A DNA stretch of 64,000 bases from Lytechinus pictus. Lineage: Eukaryota. The translations under genes and the position numbers were made by a program. Shown here piece after piece: positions 40,030-53,156 of the stretch; position 1 is the first letter of the stretch; every line of letters begins with the position of its first letter. The notes beneath the pieces were generated by a model. The model was given only the letters and a program-made list of their open reading frames with translations. It did no database searches and was not told where the DNA came from. The DNA lies in the NCBI RefSeq assembly GCF_037042905.1, contig NC_087245.1:29080001-29144000 (forward strand), given 5' to 3'.

Positions 40030-40575
40030 ACTTGACATTAAATTTAAATACAATTTTGTCTAATTTACAAAAAAATGACAGTAACTAATTTATAACCGTT
40101 AGTGCTGATATTTTCTCGTCCCTATCAATTGTTCCTTTCTTTATGACATTTGTTCAAATCTCAATTAGCGTATAGACGGAGGTCTTGGGGTCAAGACCAC
40201 CCCCCAAAAATCGACATTTAATACAATTATGTCTAATTTACCAAAAAAAGTTACTAATTTATTGTGGTTAGTACTGTTATTTTTATCATCCTTATTATCA
40301 AGTCCTTGTTCCTTTTTTAAAATTGTTTTACACCCATCCTAATGAGCGTATAGACGGAGGTCTTGGGGTCAAGACCACCCCCCCCCCCCCAAAAAAAAAA
40401 TTGACATGTAATACAATTATGTCTAATTTACAACAACAAAAAAACAGTAACTAGTGCTGTTATTTTTCTCGTCCTTATTATCAAGTCCTTGTTCCTTTGT
40501 TTAGTGTATTACACCCAATAGCGTATAGACGGAGGTCTTGGGGTCAAGACCACCCCCCCCCCCCAAAAAAAAAAC
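40030..40575 (+). repeat. Three-copy ~175-bp tandem repeat
   Basis: Unit AATACAATT.TGTCTAATTTAC...AGCGTATAGACGGAGGTCTTGGGGTCAAGACCAC(C)n(A)n, with the latter motif at ~40167, 40345 and 40519. Confidence 0.9.
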
Positions 40576-40968
40576 ATTAAAAAAATAATTAAAATGATGA
40601 AAAAATGTATTACTTTCTAATGTCAAAATCTATCACATTATTATGTTTTTCGTTTTAAAGAGGGTCGCAATTCTTGCTCGCTCGCGACCTTTTTAGAAAT
40701 TTTGCCTCATACAAAATATTTGGCCGCTCGGAGTTTTTGGTTCATTACATCCTCATTAGTTTAGACTACTACCCAAATAGCAGAAAAAGAACACAAATAC
40801 ATAACTAATACAAAATTATAAAGGAAGTAATTAATGGGATATTTTGGAAAAGATGAAAAAGACATCCGAACAGAAATTTTGTTTTTATGGACAATATTGG
40901 TGACCTTAAAAATTCTGGGATTTTTTCTGTCGATACCAAACATGGCAAGCTTATTTTCCACTACTTAA

Positions 40969-41581
40969 AGGTATGGTCCGGGCTGAAAATATTTATATCT
41001 AAATAAACAGAGGAAAATTCACAGAGCAAAATGCTGAAAATTTCATCGAAATCGGATAACAAATAACGAAGTTATTAAAATTTAAAGTTTATTAATATTT
41101 TGTGAAAACAGTTATATGCACATCGTCATGAATATTCATTAGGTGGGCTGATGATGTCACATCCCCACTATCCTTTTTTTTTATGTTATTACATGAAATC
41201 ATAAATGTTTCACTTTTTATACATGTGTAAATGATGTGTCTCCATTATAATGAAATAAGTTGCGGAAATAAAAAACTAATGCACTTAATCAGTTGTCAAT
41301 TGTTTTAGTTCTTGGTAGAAAATTTTTGAATAAACATAATTTCATATAATAAAATACAAAAGAACAAGTGGGGATATGACATCATCAGCCCACATAATGA
41401 ATACTAGACATGCCTAGAACATGTAGAACTGTTTCACCGGAATAATGCAAATCTTTAAACTTCAATAACTTTGTTATTTGCAATCCGATTTTGATCAAAT
41501 TTTCAGCATTTTGCCCTGTGAATTTTACTCCGAGAGTAAAATTCACAGAGCAAAATGCTCAAGCCTGCATGGACCATCCCT
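40969..41581. mobile_element. TTAA-flanked non-autonomous DNA transposon (Kolobok-like), related to 32248-32853
   Basis: ttaa|AGGTATGGTCC ... GGACCATCCCT|ttaa; shared subterminal CTGAAAATTTCATCGAAATCGGAT. Degenerate relatives at ~29670-29960, 35115-35770, 59585-59920 and 61290-61740. Confidence 0.8.
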
Positions 41582-44500
41582 TTAATCATGTTTGTAGGTC
41601 TTCATCTACTCATTTGGAGACAGATATAGAAACTAAATCCTCTGAATCTAATCACGGTTATTTATACAGCTCTATTTCAATATCAAGATACATAGATTTA
41701 TAGAATTACGATCCATTCATAATTAAAAAAAATGGTTTCACCCTCTCTTATTCAACTTATTGGTGTTCGGTTTATATAACACGTCCATATTCTTTTCTAG
41801 CAACCTCCATGTTAAGCTTTGTTATAGTGCTTCTTTTGCAATTATAGATGCATGTTTGTCAAACTGCCATTACCATCAGTGGCAAAATGAGACACAATTA
41901 TTGGAGGGGTCATATTTGGCGTTCTGGGGACAAAATTGGCCTCTTATAAAAATCAGAACAAAACCCTCATATTGTGATAGATTCTGACATACTAGTCAGA
42001 AAATATATAATTCACCATTTCCCTTTCTGTCTTTTCTTTTTGCTTGAGAGTGAAACCTTTTTTTTTTGGTGGGGTGGCCCTCAGTCCCCCCGCGCACGCC
42101 AGTACCACATGTATACAATTTCAATTTTTATGTCACAGTGCGTCGGAATCCCACCTAATCCTAAGTTTTTAGGCGAATAGTATCGCCAGGATGTTTAACT
42201 CTTTATGTAGTTCATTGCATGACCACGTTGGCATTAATAAAAACCCATCGTCATGATTATTAGTCATTATTAAAGATGAAATTATTATTATAACAAGCAA
42301 AAAACCCACTTTGAAAGTCCATGTAAGATTGCGGTATCCTGTAGGTTCCGTGTGTTGGCTGAGGAGAACAGTGCCCCTACCCCACCCCCCCCCCCTCCGG
42401 TACGTGAGGCCTCTCAAACGGCCTTATTTGCATCACGAATTGGAGGCGATGTTTGTTCCTTGTTCACATTTTTCCCCTTAAAACGGGATGTGATTACCAC
42501 CACCAAATTTCTTTCGACTGACTCAACCACCGCGACATATTCCAAGCCATTAAGACCTCCCGGTAAGATTTGTAATGGGAACAATGACGAAATTACAATG
42601 TACAACAGAAATCACAAAGCCGTTTGTTCATCTATGAAAAGTTCAAAAGTGGCTTAAGACTCGGATTAATACATCTTTATAAATGGGGTTAGTTACCTCC
42701 TTTCTCTGCGATGGGATTTATTTTGTGTACGGAATTCTGGAATTACTCTTCAATATTCAGCCCTTTAAAACCAACTTGTATTCAACGGAACTCGTCCACG
42801 TCGGTGCAGAACATTGGTACCCCTCCCTGTTTCTTTGACTGGAGGGTTATGATTGGATATGGGGGGGGGGGGGCACTAATGTTGTTTTTTATCATCATTT
42901 AGGAGTTGGGGGTCGCGTCAGGACCCTAAAAACTAATACAGCATCTTAGGAATGCTGACAAGTTTGTCTTCCAAGTGATACAAGTTTGATGATTATTTCT
43001 CATAAAAGGTGATTCTTTTGATTTTTTTCCTCCACAAAAAATAATGTACAGGTCTACAGGTATAAACATATATTTAAAGCCCTAATTCCTAATTCGACGT
43101 TCAAGCACATTTGGTAACCCTTGGGTCGATCCCCTAGACGCAGATTATCCGATATTTGTTCTTGCGCTTTATCACAATCAGTCCTGATCATTCTAGAGTC
43201 TACCACTCATTCTTATTTTGCACGAGTAATGCAAATAGATGGTTTTTAAGGATAAATGAGATAAATCCAAAAAATGGTAGGGGCCTACAGCATCAACCCA
43301 TGATCCTTTTATAAATATCCTGATAATTATTTTGATTCAGCATAGCATGATTTGAAATTACCGCAATTTATCAGAGAAATCTTTATCCTTTGGAATGGGA
43401 TGGTTTCTTATTTCTTCCCAATACCATCCATTAGAATACAATAGGCAGGTAATAAAAGTAAGCAATCACAATGGATTGATAGCGGTCCATTTAGGTATTT
43501 ATGAAACCCGACCACATTCTGCTTTAGATTGCATTAGTCAGTAGATGGGATGAGAAAGAGAGGAAAGGAATAGAATATATACATGTCTAGAGAGAAACAA
43601 GATTAGAGTAAAAGGCGGGGTGGGGGAGAGAGGGTGTGTGGGTGAAAGGGGGGGGGGGGTGGGAGGAGAGTGGAAGTGGTGATTTTACCTGGCTGCTAGG
43701 CAACCAGAGAACCGGAGACTTGAGGTCCTCTTCGAGGGACCTGGTAAATAAGTGACATACTAGAAGATAGTCAAGGTCTATTTTGGAACCAAACTTCGTC
43801 TCTTGCGAACGTTCATCCATGTAACTTGGAGAAATATTTTGTCTGTACAAAGTTCATTATCTTGTGACGAACAAGAAATAAGACTAAACTTAGAAACCGC
43901 GACTCTTGGGCGAGGTAAATAACACTTTAATGTTTAATCTATATCGTCAAAAATCATTTAAATTTTGATCTAATCGTCCGACCGTCCGTTCATCCATGAT
44001 CCATATGCATTTATCCATCAATTTGAATTCATCAACTCGTGGTGGGGAAAGGTAATATACATCTAGAATAAATTATTCAACCATCATTACACCTCAAAAA
44101 AAAAAACACGAAAACAAGCTTTTTAAAATCTATTTCACTAAGGAATTATTTATTTTCCCTACCTTCATAAGGTACCTGATAACAATGACAATATACATGT
44201 ATATAGACTCATTAAATGATACCTGCTTGGCAACATAAAACAAAAATCAGATAAAAAACAAAATCATGATTACAAAGGCCTAAGTTCTCAAATAAAATAT
44301 GGAATATTACAATATACAAATACAGTTGCTGGAAAGCTCATTTTTTCAACACAGACTGCCATGAATTGGCATGATTATTTCTCGTTATTTCTGCCTGTAG
44401 CTCATGTTCTGTAGCAATAATCAATAATAAATCATACAATATATTATTGCAATGCAATTAATTAATAATAAATCCTGGACTAAGCTATGTATTTTCTCTA

Positions 44501-45789
44501 TAAATATTCAGAGATAAATAGTCTGTGCATATAAATGCATCTTATATAATTGATCAAGTGATTGATTGTAATTCAATTAGAATTAACATTCATGTATGTT
44601 TTTCTATTCATCCAAGAAGACAAAACATAACCGCTGATTGTTTACAATTGCCCTCGGTCTATTATACTTCATTTTTTTATGCCAGTCGTAAGTACTTGTA
44701 TGCTTGGGAAGATAAGGTTTTATGGAAATTTGTTAGCTGAGATTCAATGAATGATCAAACCTCCAGTATACTGTATACATATATACATACATACATACAG
44801 GATATGAAAATCCAACTCGTATCTGACACAGTTGTTAATCCAATATTTTTAGGAATCATCATACAATATTATTGTATAAGTAAATTTTTTTCATTCATTC
44901 ATACACTGAGCGAGAGTAAGAATGAGAAAGAAATCAATTTTTTTTACATTATCGGCAAGTACAAATGATCTCATCAACGATAGTATGATAGAGGTATTTT
45001 ACAAATGCTTCCAATAATCTCTACCTCACTCCATACCGAGTTGGCTAGATTGTGAGGCAGAAAACCAAGTCTTCTTACGTGTATAGTCAAGTACCAATTA
45101 CCTACAAAGAGAAGCTATGCTCTAGTGGCACTTTGTAAAGGTTAACAATTCATTCATATACGCAACATACCTGCTCATATATATCACTTATATCTAAAGG
45201 GAAAACTACAGAAATTGTGGTGATCATATAGAAAAGGTAATTTCCTCGCAGAAATATGGGAAGAAATACAACTCGATACATTTGTAGACTAGCCAACTTT
45301 CAAGAAAAAAAATTACATTTGTATTATACAATAACGAAATCAGGATAATGGTGTAATAGAAAATCTAACATTTGAATACCAATTTGAGACTTGTATCCAA
45401 AATCTACAGACAAATTGAACAATTTTTTTTTCCACAAATGTTAACATTGACAACTCTGATCTTTCTGGATAACAAGTCATGGCCAGCCCCAGTGTTTTAT
45501 AATTTTATAACAAGCTATCAGGCCTGTCATTCGAACTATGACAAGGAATGACAACATGTAATTGGTTTTGACTCGCTGAGAAAGACTCTTGGTTCACTGT
45601 TAGGTAACTGTCGGACAATCAAAACTTTATCTGCGCTGACAAGCTTCATGGAACTGTGCTATTTTAACCATTTAAAAGTTGATTGCTTACACATTAAATT
45701 TGATGCTTCATCCCTTGATTTAACTGTCTAACATATTCTAATAAACAGGACAGAGATAATCTTCACCCCTTTTGAAGCAAGATAATAGG

Positions 45790-46015
45790 AGCCTTGCCTC
45801 AAAGTTCAATGACCTGTATACTATCTAATATAGAGTGATTACAAACAGGATCTTGGTATGTCCATCTCTACAAAAGATAGTCGTGTATACCAATAACAGG
45901 ACCCTTGCTTCAAATGTCAATACTTGTATACTTTCTGAAAGAGAGTGATCACAAACAGGATCTTTGCTTAGCCCATGTCTACAAAAGGTAGTCACGGATA
46001 CCAAAATGGATCCTA
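45790..46015 (+). repeat. Two-copy ~111-bp tandem repeat
   Basis: CCTTGC.TCAAA..TCAAT...TGTATACT.TCT.A..AGAGTGAT.ACAAACAGGATCTT occurs twice. Confidence 0.75.
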
Positions 46016-46122
46016 TTATACAGTTTAACACATGGAGGTTTAGATCCTAAGATTAATTTTCTATTCATTCATATTGTGAAGAAAAAGGCACTGTACTGCT
46101 ATACTTATTTATTGTAACACAT

Positions 46123-46379
46123 TGGCCCACAATCTGAAGTCCTGTCTAGCTTACACCATGGTCTAACCCTGTGCTAAATTTTGTTTATGCTCTTTGCCAA
46201 TTCTTTAATGGTGAAAACAACTTATTCATGCTTCCAAGACATTTGAAAATTATTTGAGTATCAAAAGATCTGATAAATTAACCCCTACTTCTAGAGATTT
46301 GTGTCACAATTTGCTATCCACAGTTAAACCGCAACTTGAGATGAGAGTTTGAATGAAACCCGACTTCAGAATACGGGCT
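46123..46379. mobile_element. Degenerate Harbinger-like MITE
   Basis: GCCCACAATCTGAAGTC ... GACTTCAGAATACGGGC imperfect TIR. Confidence 0.55.
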
Positions 46380-48429
46380 GTGAATTTGAAAGAGCACTAT
46401 GCAAGCACAAGATCTTTGAGAGTAAAGATCATCTTTCCACTTTGGCATATATGTACATCTCTGAAACAAAACTTTTAATGGAATGTACTTTCAGGGCTGC
46501 CTCTTAGAATTGATAATAAATCCAGAAAATCATTTAGAATGAGCCAATTCGTACAGAAAAAAGTTTGTTTCTTCTTCTATATCCTACAAAAATAATTGCT
46601 TTGGACTGAACTTAGGCTGTAACCTTAAAAGTTGCATGACTGTACTTTGTAATGAAATATCATCCTATGGTTATGAATATGAATTTCATTCTGTTCGTAC
46701 ATAAGACACACACAAAAAATCATACCACCTTTCTAAGGAATGTCCATCTGAGAGTCATTTATACCCATCTACACAACTCTACACGATCTTTTATCTTATG
46801 TGTCTAAATAGAATGAAGATATTCCTTCCATCACCAACGGAGCATTTCAAGAAACACATAGTGATTTTCATTGGCAATTTGTTATAAGCTACTGGAATAC
46901 ATTCATCTAATTGGCTCGAGACAAAAAAAGTAGTGGAAATCACTTCCCATGTTTCTTTAATTCCTCGAACACTTCCAGTTAAGTTGCTCTTTCTATCACA
47001 AAGGTGTATATATATATTCATCTTTGTGGAAAAGGTCATCATATGGGCAATTCCATAGGTTGGTGGACATGAGCTCAATGTGGCTTTGTACTGTATAGCC
47101 CATCTGAACCGTAACGTGAGTAACCACTTTATCTGCACCCCTAGTAAAAACCATGTGTTCTTTATTTTTGAATTATATACAAAGTTTGTCTCCCTAATAT
47201 ACTTCTTTGAAATGGAAATAATCAACTTTCATAAAAGCCTTGTATGATGACACTTTTCACTTATGTCGACTTTTCATTTTATGCACGTCCAAATCATGTA
47301 ACATGAGTAACCGACACATTTCAAAGATTTGCCAGGAGCATAATAAAATTTCCCAAGTTTTGTTTTTATACAAAGGATAGTCAGACTGCGTACTTTGTTG
47401 TGATAAAGAGATGTTTAGTTCCTATCAATAATAATGGAGTTACAGCTCCAAGTATGAATCAAGGTGTCTCCAAATGTAACGTGAGTAACCGTGGAATAGC
47501 CCATATGCTATTTTCTCCATGGTGATAATCATTTTCAATAGGATTGAACTATTTTATACTCTATCCGTTTACATGTGTCTAGAATGCTATATTCAGAAAC
47601 AGGAATGGTAATGCAATTATATTCCCTTTACCTAATATGATATTCAAAGATGATGGTGCCCTCTACACATTGCTAATTGAGAATAAGAATACTTGGAAAA
47701 TAATATGATACATTTTCATGTATATATATATATATGTTTTTTTTTTCTCAATTACCAGGATCATCACATGAATAGCAGTTTGCATATTTGTGATTGGAGT
47801 GATTATTTAGTACTGTTTAATACTCAACTGCATTTTGCATGGTTTTATACATGTATGCAAGTGAACAATCTACAAAATCACAAATTAGCAAGATTTAATG
47901 TCAAAGAACAACCGGTATAAAAAAAATCTAGTTATGATTAACCAAGATTATATAATTATCAGAAACAGCTGAATTTCAAATGATTATTTGGCAATTAAGT
48001 GAAAACTTCTCATACAATTCTGAATTTATGCCCTTCTTGTACAATGGTGCTCAAAAGCTAGTGAACTCTACCAGAAAATGGACATATTTAATGTGTTCAA
48101 GTTTTGTCATGTTTTAGATATTCAATTGTGAAGTCAGGTGATAAAATATTAGATTCAATAAAGTTTGTTTCTCTGGACTCACCGAACATTGTAGTGTTGT
48201 TATCTACATTAAGCACTCAACATGAATGAGTGCATTTTTGTGGTGGGGTTCACTAAGTATCTACCACAACTGTACATGAGGCTTCTCCGCAAGGTAAATT
48301 GCAGGAATACTATGATCAAAGGACTTAGAAATCCAACTTTCAGCTAGAGGGAGAAAATCATCCATTTTCTTGGGAATTTGACAGCATATTGATATAAATC
48401 ACCCAGAGTAAAACATAATTTTATGACCA

Positions 48430-48560
48430 GGAACCCGTAACACAAAATTTAGTGATTAATCGTACGTTTGATTTTGACAATTGATTGTACATAGTAGTCA
48501 ATGGAATCAATCGTAGAAAACTGTTCTGCAATCATTGCTAAGGTTTGTGTTATGGGCCCC
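48430..48560. mobile_element. Short MITE in the putative XRCC5 3' UTR
   Basis: GGAACCCGTAACACAAA ... TTTGTGTTATGGGCCCC imperfect TIR. Confidence 0.55.
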
Positions 48561-48929
48561 AGAAGAGGTTATGTAATGTAACTGGAAATCATGGTAGAGT
48601 CATTATCTCAATTTTCCTTGCCCGACAGTTCCCTGATGCTATTCAGGCTTGGCCAAATAATTTCTTGCTGGTACACCCAGTTTGCTTTCCCTAAACGATA
48701 TCTCTGTTACAGGAAGAGAGTATTTCCAAGGCTTTTTCACATAGTCTGGGGTCAGCAAATAATAATCCACTCCCCATGAAAGCTGATGCACATCCGACTA
48801 TGGAAATAATTTCATATTTCAGAGATCAATGTCTTTTTTTCACATATCTACCCGTTGAAGATATGACCCTCTTAGATTAAGGGGAAGTGAACGTCACCTG
48901 GTTTTGAGCTGATCACAGAGTTCAAGATG

Positions 48930-48944
48930 CTACAACATATCAAG
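48930..48944 (-). CDS. XRCC5: XRCC5/Ku80 last coding exon (LDML*)
   Basis: tctcttctccag|CTT GAT ATG TTG TAG. Completes ...DADDLLDML, the PIKK (DNA-PKcs) recruitment motif (human DVDDLLDMI). Confidence 0.88.
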   Translation of the reverse strand, partial: LDML

Positions 48945-49174
48945 CTGGAGAAGAGATAAGAAGCAAATAATAGTGTCATATTTCATAATAAAATGGGCTA
49001 AAAAATCCATTATGCAACAAGATTTAGACTGGTATTACACAACTGTGCATTTGTTCTTTAATTTGACTGTATGAATAATAGAGATAATTATACAATTGTG
49101 CTATGGATCATAATGAATTGATCATCAGAAATCTGTCACATGACCAGTGATTTGTTTTACCCAACATCCAAATT

Positions 49175-49572
49175 CAGGGTTCCCAGCTTTTCAAGAAAAC
49201 AAAATTCCCTGATTTTTCCCTGATGAAGTTTAGAAATTCCCTGATATTTAAACCCATTCCCAGTTTTGCATGTTTTGTAAGTTGTTGCAGTGAATTACAT
49301 GTATTTTCAGTATAAAAGCAATTATGTAAAACTAATTAGTACCAATAAACCAGTCATTCAATGGATGTTGTTTTGATGTGCTACAAAATATAACAGTATG
49401 AATGACTACCGTGCTTTCGACTTTTGGGCTGATCAAAATTCCCTGATTTTTCCCTCATTTGAGGCATTTTCCCCTAATTTGAGGTATTTTCAAATCTAAT
49501 TCCCTGATTTTTCCCAGACTGGAAAAAAGTAAAATATTCTTCCCTGATTTCCCTGATTGGATGGGAACCCTG
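49175..49572. mobile_element. CAGGG-terminal MITE with 5-bp TSD (hAT-like)
   Basis: aaatt|CAGGGTTCCCA ... TGGGAACCCTG|aaatt; many TTCCCTGA(T) subterminal repeats. Confidence 0.8.
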
Positions 49573-49766
49573 AAATTTAAAAATGACTAGTAGAAATGAC
49601 TAGGTCTATATTGACCGCTCACGAGTTTGAGATGAAGATGGTTTATAAAATAACAAAGATCCACATTCTTTTGTATACTTTATAAGGAAAATACAAGCTT
49701 ACTTGAACTGAAATTGAACGTAAAAATATGACGAAGGAAAGTGAGGAATGCATGAATCAAACTCAC

Positions 49767-49841
49767 CAAATCATCGGCATCTTCTTCCTCATTGGCTGCA
49801 GCTGGCTCTTCTTCCATTGGGACTTCCTCCTCCTGAATAAA
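49767..49841 (-). CDS. XRCC5: XRCC5/Ku80 penultimate coding exon
   Basis: aaacag|TTT...TTG|gtgagt; 75 nt. FIQEEEVPMEEEPAAANEEEDADDL. Confidence 0.88.
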
Positions 49842-50735
49842 CTGTTTAAAATAAATTGAATAAAACAAAACATAAGAGTTTGAAATAATTCAAGAGACAT
49901 CCTTGGAAAAGAGACACTTCGACTATGTGGAGCGTCTGGAACACTACGAACATGATAAACATGGTTATATAAAACTGAAATCAATTAATATCCCATCCAC
50001 CTCCAAAGTAGGAAGATATTTTTATCTACAGGACATCCCATAAAAAAGATTATATCAGTACCATTGAATATATTTTTATTACAAATTTAATATCAAAGAT
50101 AAGAATGATTTATCCTCTTTGTTTCAAGACCAAATATTGAGTGAATTGATGATGATGATGGGTTCTTGTATAGCGCCAGTATCCGCCTCAACTGGGCGCT
50201 CATGGCGCTTGCTCAAAAATAGGAAATATCTCACAAATTTCAATGTCTTCAAACAGTTGTGGAATTGTTGTGGCATGACAGATTACAAACAATAAATACT
50301 GAGGCAGGTCAAAACCGATTTGCACAGAAATTATACATGTGAAGCTGAATCCACTTTCCTTTACAGATCAGTGAAATAAACTCAACAGAAGAATAGTAAA
50401 GATATGCTAATGAGCCATACCTTTCTAGACATGCCAAGTCTCACGCATTATGCAGTGAGACTCCCGCATTACGGACTCTTGCTCATGCCCTCAAATCTCT
50501 TTCTCATTCCTGTATCACAGCCTTTCCACATATACATTACACACAATGCCTGTGACCTCTCGCCGAATCACAGAAAATCTCACGTATAGCTGGTCTTTGA
50601 ACTTGGCATCTCTGCCTTTCTATTGTCATGTATTTGTGTCCTTGATTACTCTTGTCACATTTTTCTGCTCAACTTGGTTCTGACATCTACATTTCAAACA
50701 CTTCTTGCTGTTATTGGTCTATTAATGAAGCATAC

Positions 50736-50803
50736 CTTCTCAGCTTCGTCTTTCGATACAGTGCTGTCACTTGCTTCTGTAACATCAATCAGTGTGAGTC
50801 CAT
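50736..50803 (-). CDS. XRCC5: XRCC5/Ku80 coding exon
   Basis: tgccag|AT GGA...AAG|gtatgc; 68 nt. DGLTLIDVTEASDSTVSKDEAEK matches [23 protein letters not shown]. Confidence 0.9.
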
Positions 50804-51411
50804 CTGGCAGAAAAAAAATGGTGAACAGAGATCAAGTTTCACTACTAGTATTTCAATGAATCAATTGCATAATCTCCTACCATGAACATGTCCTATGGGC
50901 AGATGAATTCAGAACAGCCCAGTACCTTGACCAGGGTTGTGATAAAAAACGTTTTTTATTAAAAAAAACAAATAAAACGTTTTTTATTGTTTTAAAACGT
51001 TTTAAATCGTTTTAAAACGTTTTTTTTCATCGAATGATGCAATTTTCCATAAATCAATTAAACTATATAGTCTGATTTATGTTTTAAATGCATTTTTGGG
51101 GTAAGTAAGAGATGACTACAATTTTTTATACTGAATTTTTATTTTAAAAGTTCATATTTTGCCCCAAATTTCTAAACAATGGAAATTGAATGCCTAAAAA
51201 AAAAAGAACACTTAAGTAAGTTGACATTTTATAAGTTTATTCCTCATACACGTACATACATGTATACATGTAGTCTCCGGGTATTTTGAGTCTTGTCAAT
51301 CTAGGGAGGAGGGGAGAAGAATTTGCACAATGGAAGAAAATGACATGATCTATGGGGCTTCAATATGCTTTATTTCGGTTAAATCTAGAAATATAGCCCT
51401 TGAACTGCTTT

Positions 51412-51930
51412 TTGTCTCGTCTGCATAGCGGAGCGAGACATAGGTATCACTATTTCCGGCGTCGTCGTCAACAATTGTGTTGTACACCCAATAACTTTCT
51501 ATAGCTTCGAGGTGAGATCGCCAAATTCATAACAGAGGTCCATCTCTTGAAGGTGCAGGTCAAGTTCAAATGTTAACCCAATTTAAATAAGGTCAAAGGT
51601 CAATGAACTTTCCATGACTGGCACTGTGCTGTACACACAATAACTTTCTATACCTTCGAGGTAGGATTGTCAAATTCATACAAGAGGTCCATCTTTTAAA
51701 GGTGCAGGTCAAGTTCAAATGTGAGTTGAATTTGATTAAGGTCAAAGGTCAATGAACTTTCAATGACTGGCACTGTGCTGTGTTGTACACACAATAACTT
51801 TCTATAGCTTCGAGGTGGGATCGCCAAACTCGTAACAGAGGTCCATCTAAGTCATATAGCATAGTTTTGACATGCAGTCTCTTCATGACTGCAATATGCA
51901 GGCGAGACAATGCTTGGCGTTTGCCTTGTT
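51412..51930. mobile_element. Helentron-associated (HINE/DINE-1-like) element with internal ~150-bp tandem repeats
   Basis: Inserted in a T-run; subterminal inverted TGTCTCGTCTGCATA / TATGCAGGCGAGACA; short internal IR CGAGACA, (GTC)n; ~2.5 copies of GTACAC.CAATAACTTTCTATA.CTTCGAGGT...AAGGTCAAAGGTCAATGAAC; 3' short hairpin GGCGTTTGCC. Confidence 0.7.
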
Positions 51931-52346
51931 TTTTTTTAATTGAAGAGTTTTGATCAAATGAATATTAGGAAAATAATCAGTATAAAATGTTTTTAAAATT
52001 TGTTTTTATACTGTTTTTTTTTTGTTATTTCTTATGTACATGTACCTACAATTTTTTTTTTTCAATACTTTTTTTAATTGTTTTTTTAATGGAAATTATT
52101 GGCAATAATTTTCCAATCATTAACAAAATGTACAAATAATGAATCGGATACAAATTTTGGCAAGAATTCACAATTGGCTTTACACATGAATCACGTTTTT
52201 GAGCAATTCTCGGTCTGACATGCACTTGTTGTGTAATATCATAACCGCATACCCATACATGCATCCCCAAAATAGTCTTGAATGATTATGGTGTGACCCT
52301 GTCGTGTTTATGGATTTATCACAGAAACTTTTGAGGGAGTCATTAA

Positions 52347-53156
52347 CCCTTATTAAAATGGGCGGGGGGGCCAATTTGACCTCCCCCCCCCCCCTCGACA
52401 AATTCATCACTACGCCGTCGCGCGAAATGTTTTGACTGCGCCGCTCGCTGACTTTTTGCTTACAAGTCTTGTGCATCTTTTGAGACCAAATTCGCCCGGG
52501 TACGCAGTTTCGAAATTACGCAACATGTTGTAGGTGCATGTCAGACCCAAAATTGCTCCAAAATGTGATTCCGTTTACAAAGCCAATGCCAATCATGTTT
52601 TTCAACCAAAAATCATAAATATATGATTATTTTTACTTTTGTTTCATTAGATGGATTTATTTTATGCTATTTATGATCGCAAAAGGGTCCCAAACTAAGT
52701 TCATTGGAAAAAACAATACAAAACAAAGTTTTGAAAAAACAAAGGTTTGAAAAAACATAGAAATACATAAGAGTTCCAAAAACAATAAAAATATATAAGA
52801 AATTAATTATATTTTTCAATTTTTTTTTAGATACTTGTTAGAAATGTAATAATAGATACTCTCACCAAAAATTAGCATTCTACTAGCTACATAAATTGAG
52901 TTAAAGGCAAAAACATACATAAAAAACAAATTTAGGGCAAATTTCATATATGCAATATTTGCATAATTAATTAAAAAAAATATATAAACAATCAATTTTT
53001 ATAAAAATTTACTATACAGTCTTGTAGTTTACATCTGGCTCTACGTGCATGCAAATTTTTGCGGCGATCGTGCAATCAGCGGCCGAGATCTGGGGGGGGG
53101 TCAAATTGACCCCCCCCCAGTATATCTTGGTCTTAAATCGCCCAGTTAAGATAGGG
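52347..53156. mobile_element. piggyBac-like MITE
   Basis: ttaa|CCCTTATTAAAATGGGCG ... CGCCCAGTTAAGATAGGG|ttaa; subterminal GGGG.CAA.TTGACC.CCCC palindromes. Confidence 0.8.

Larger units (their letters stand above)
44149..48929 (-). other. XRCC5: Putative XRCC5 3' UTR (end uncertain)
   Basis: Follows the stop codon. Minus-strand AATAAA candidates at 47161-47166, 46108-46113 and 44149-44154. Confidence 0.35.

Noticed and set aside
40030..40575. Identical ~35-bp repeats with ~140-bp intervals (CRISPR-like)
   Set aside because: The intervening sequences are homologous to each other, so it is a plain tandem repeat.
46791..47225. 144-aa minus-strand ORF
   Set aside because: No recognisable protein motif; lies within a probable transposon remnant.
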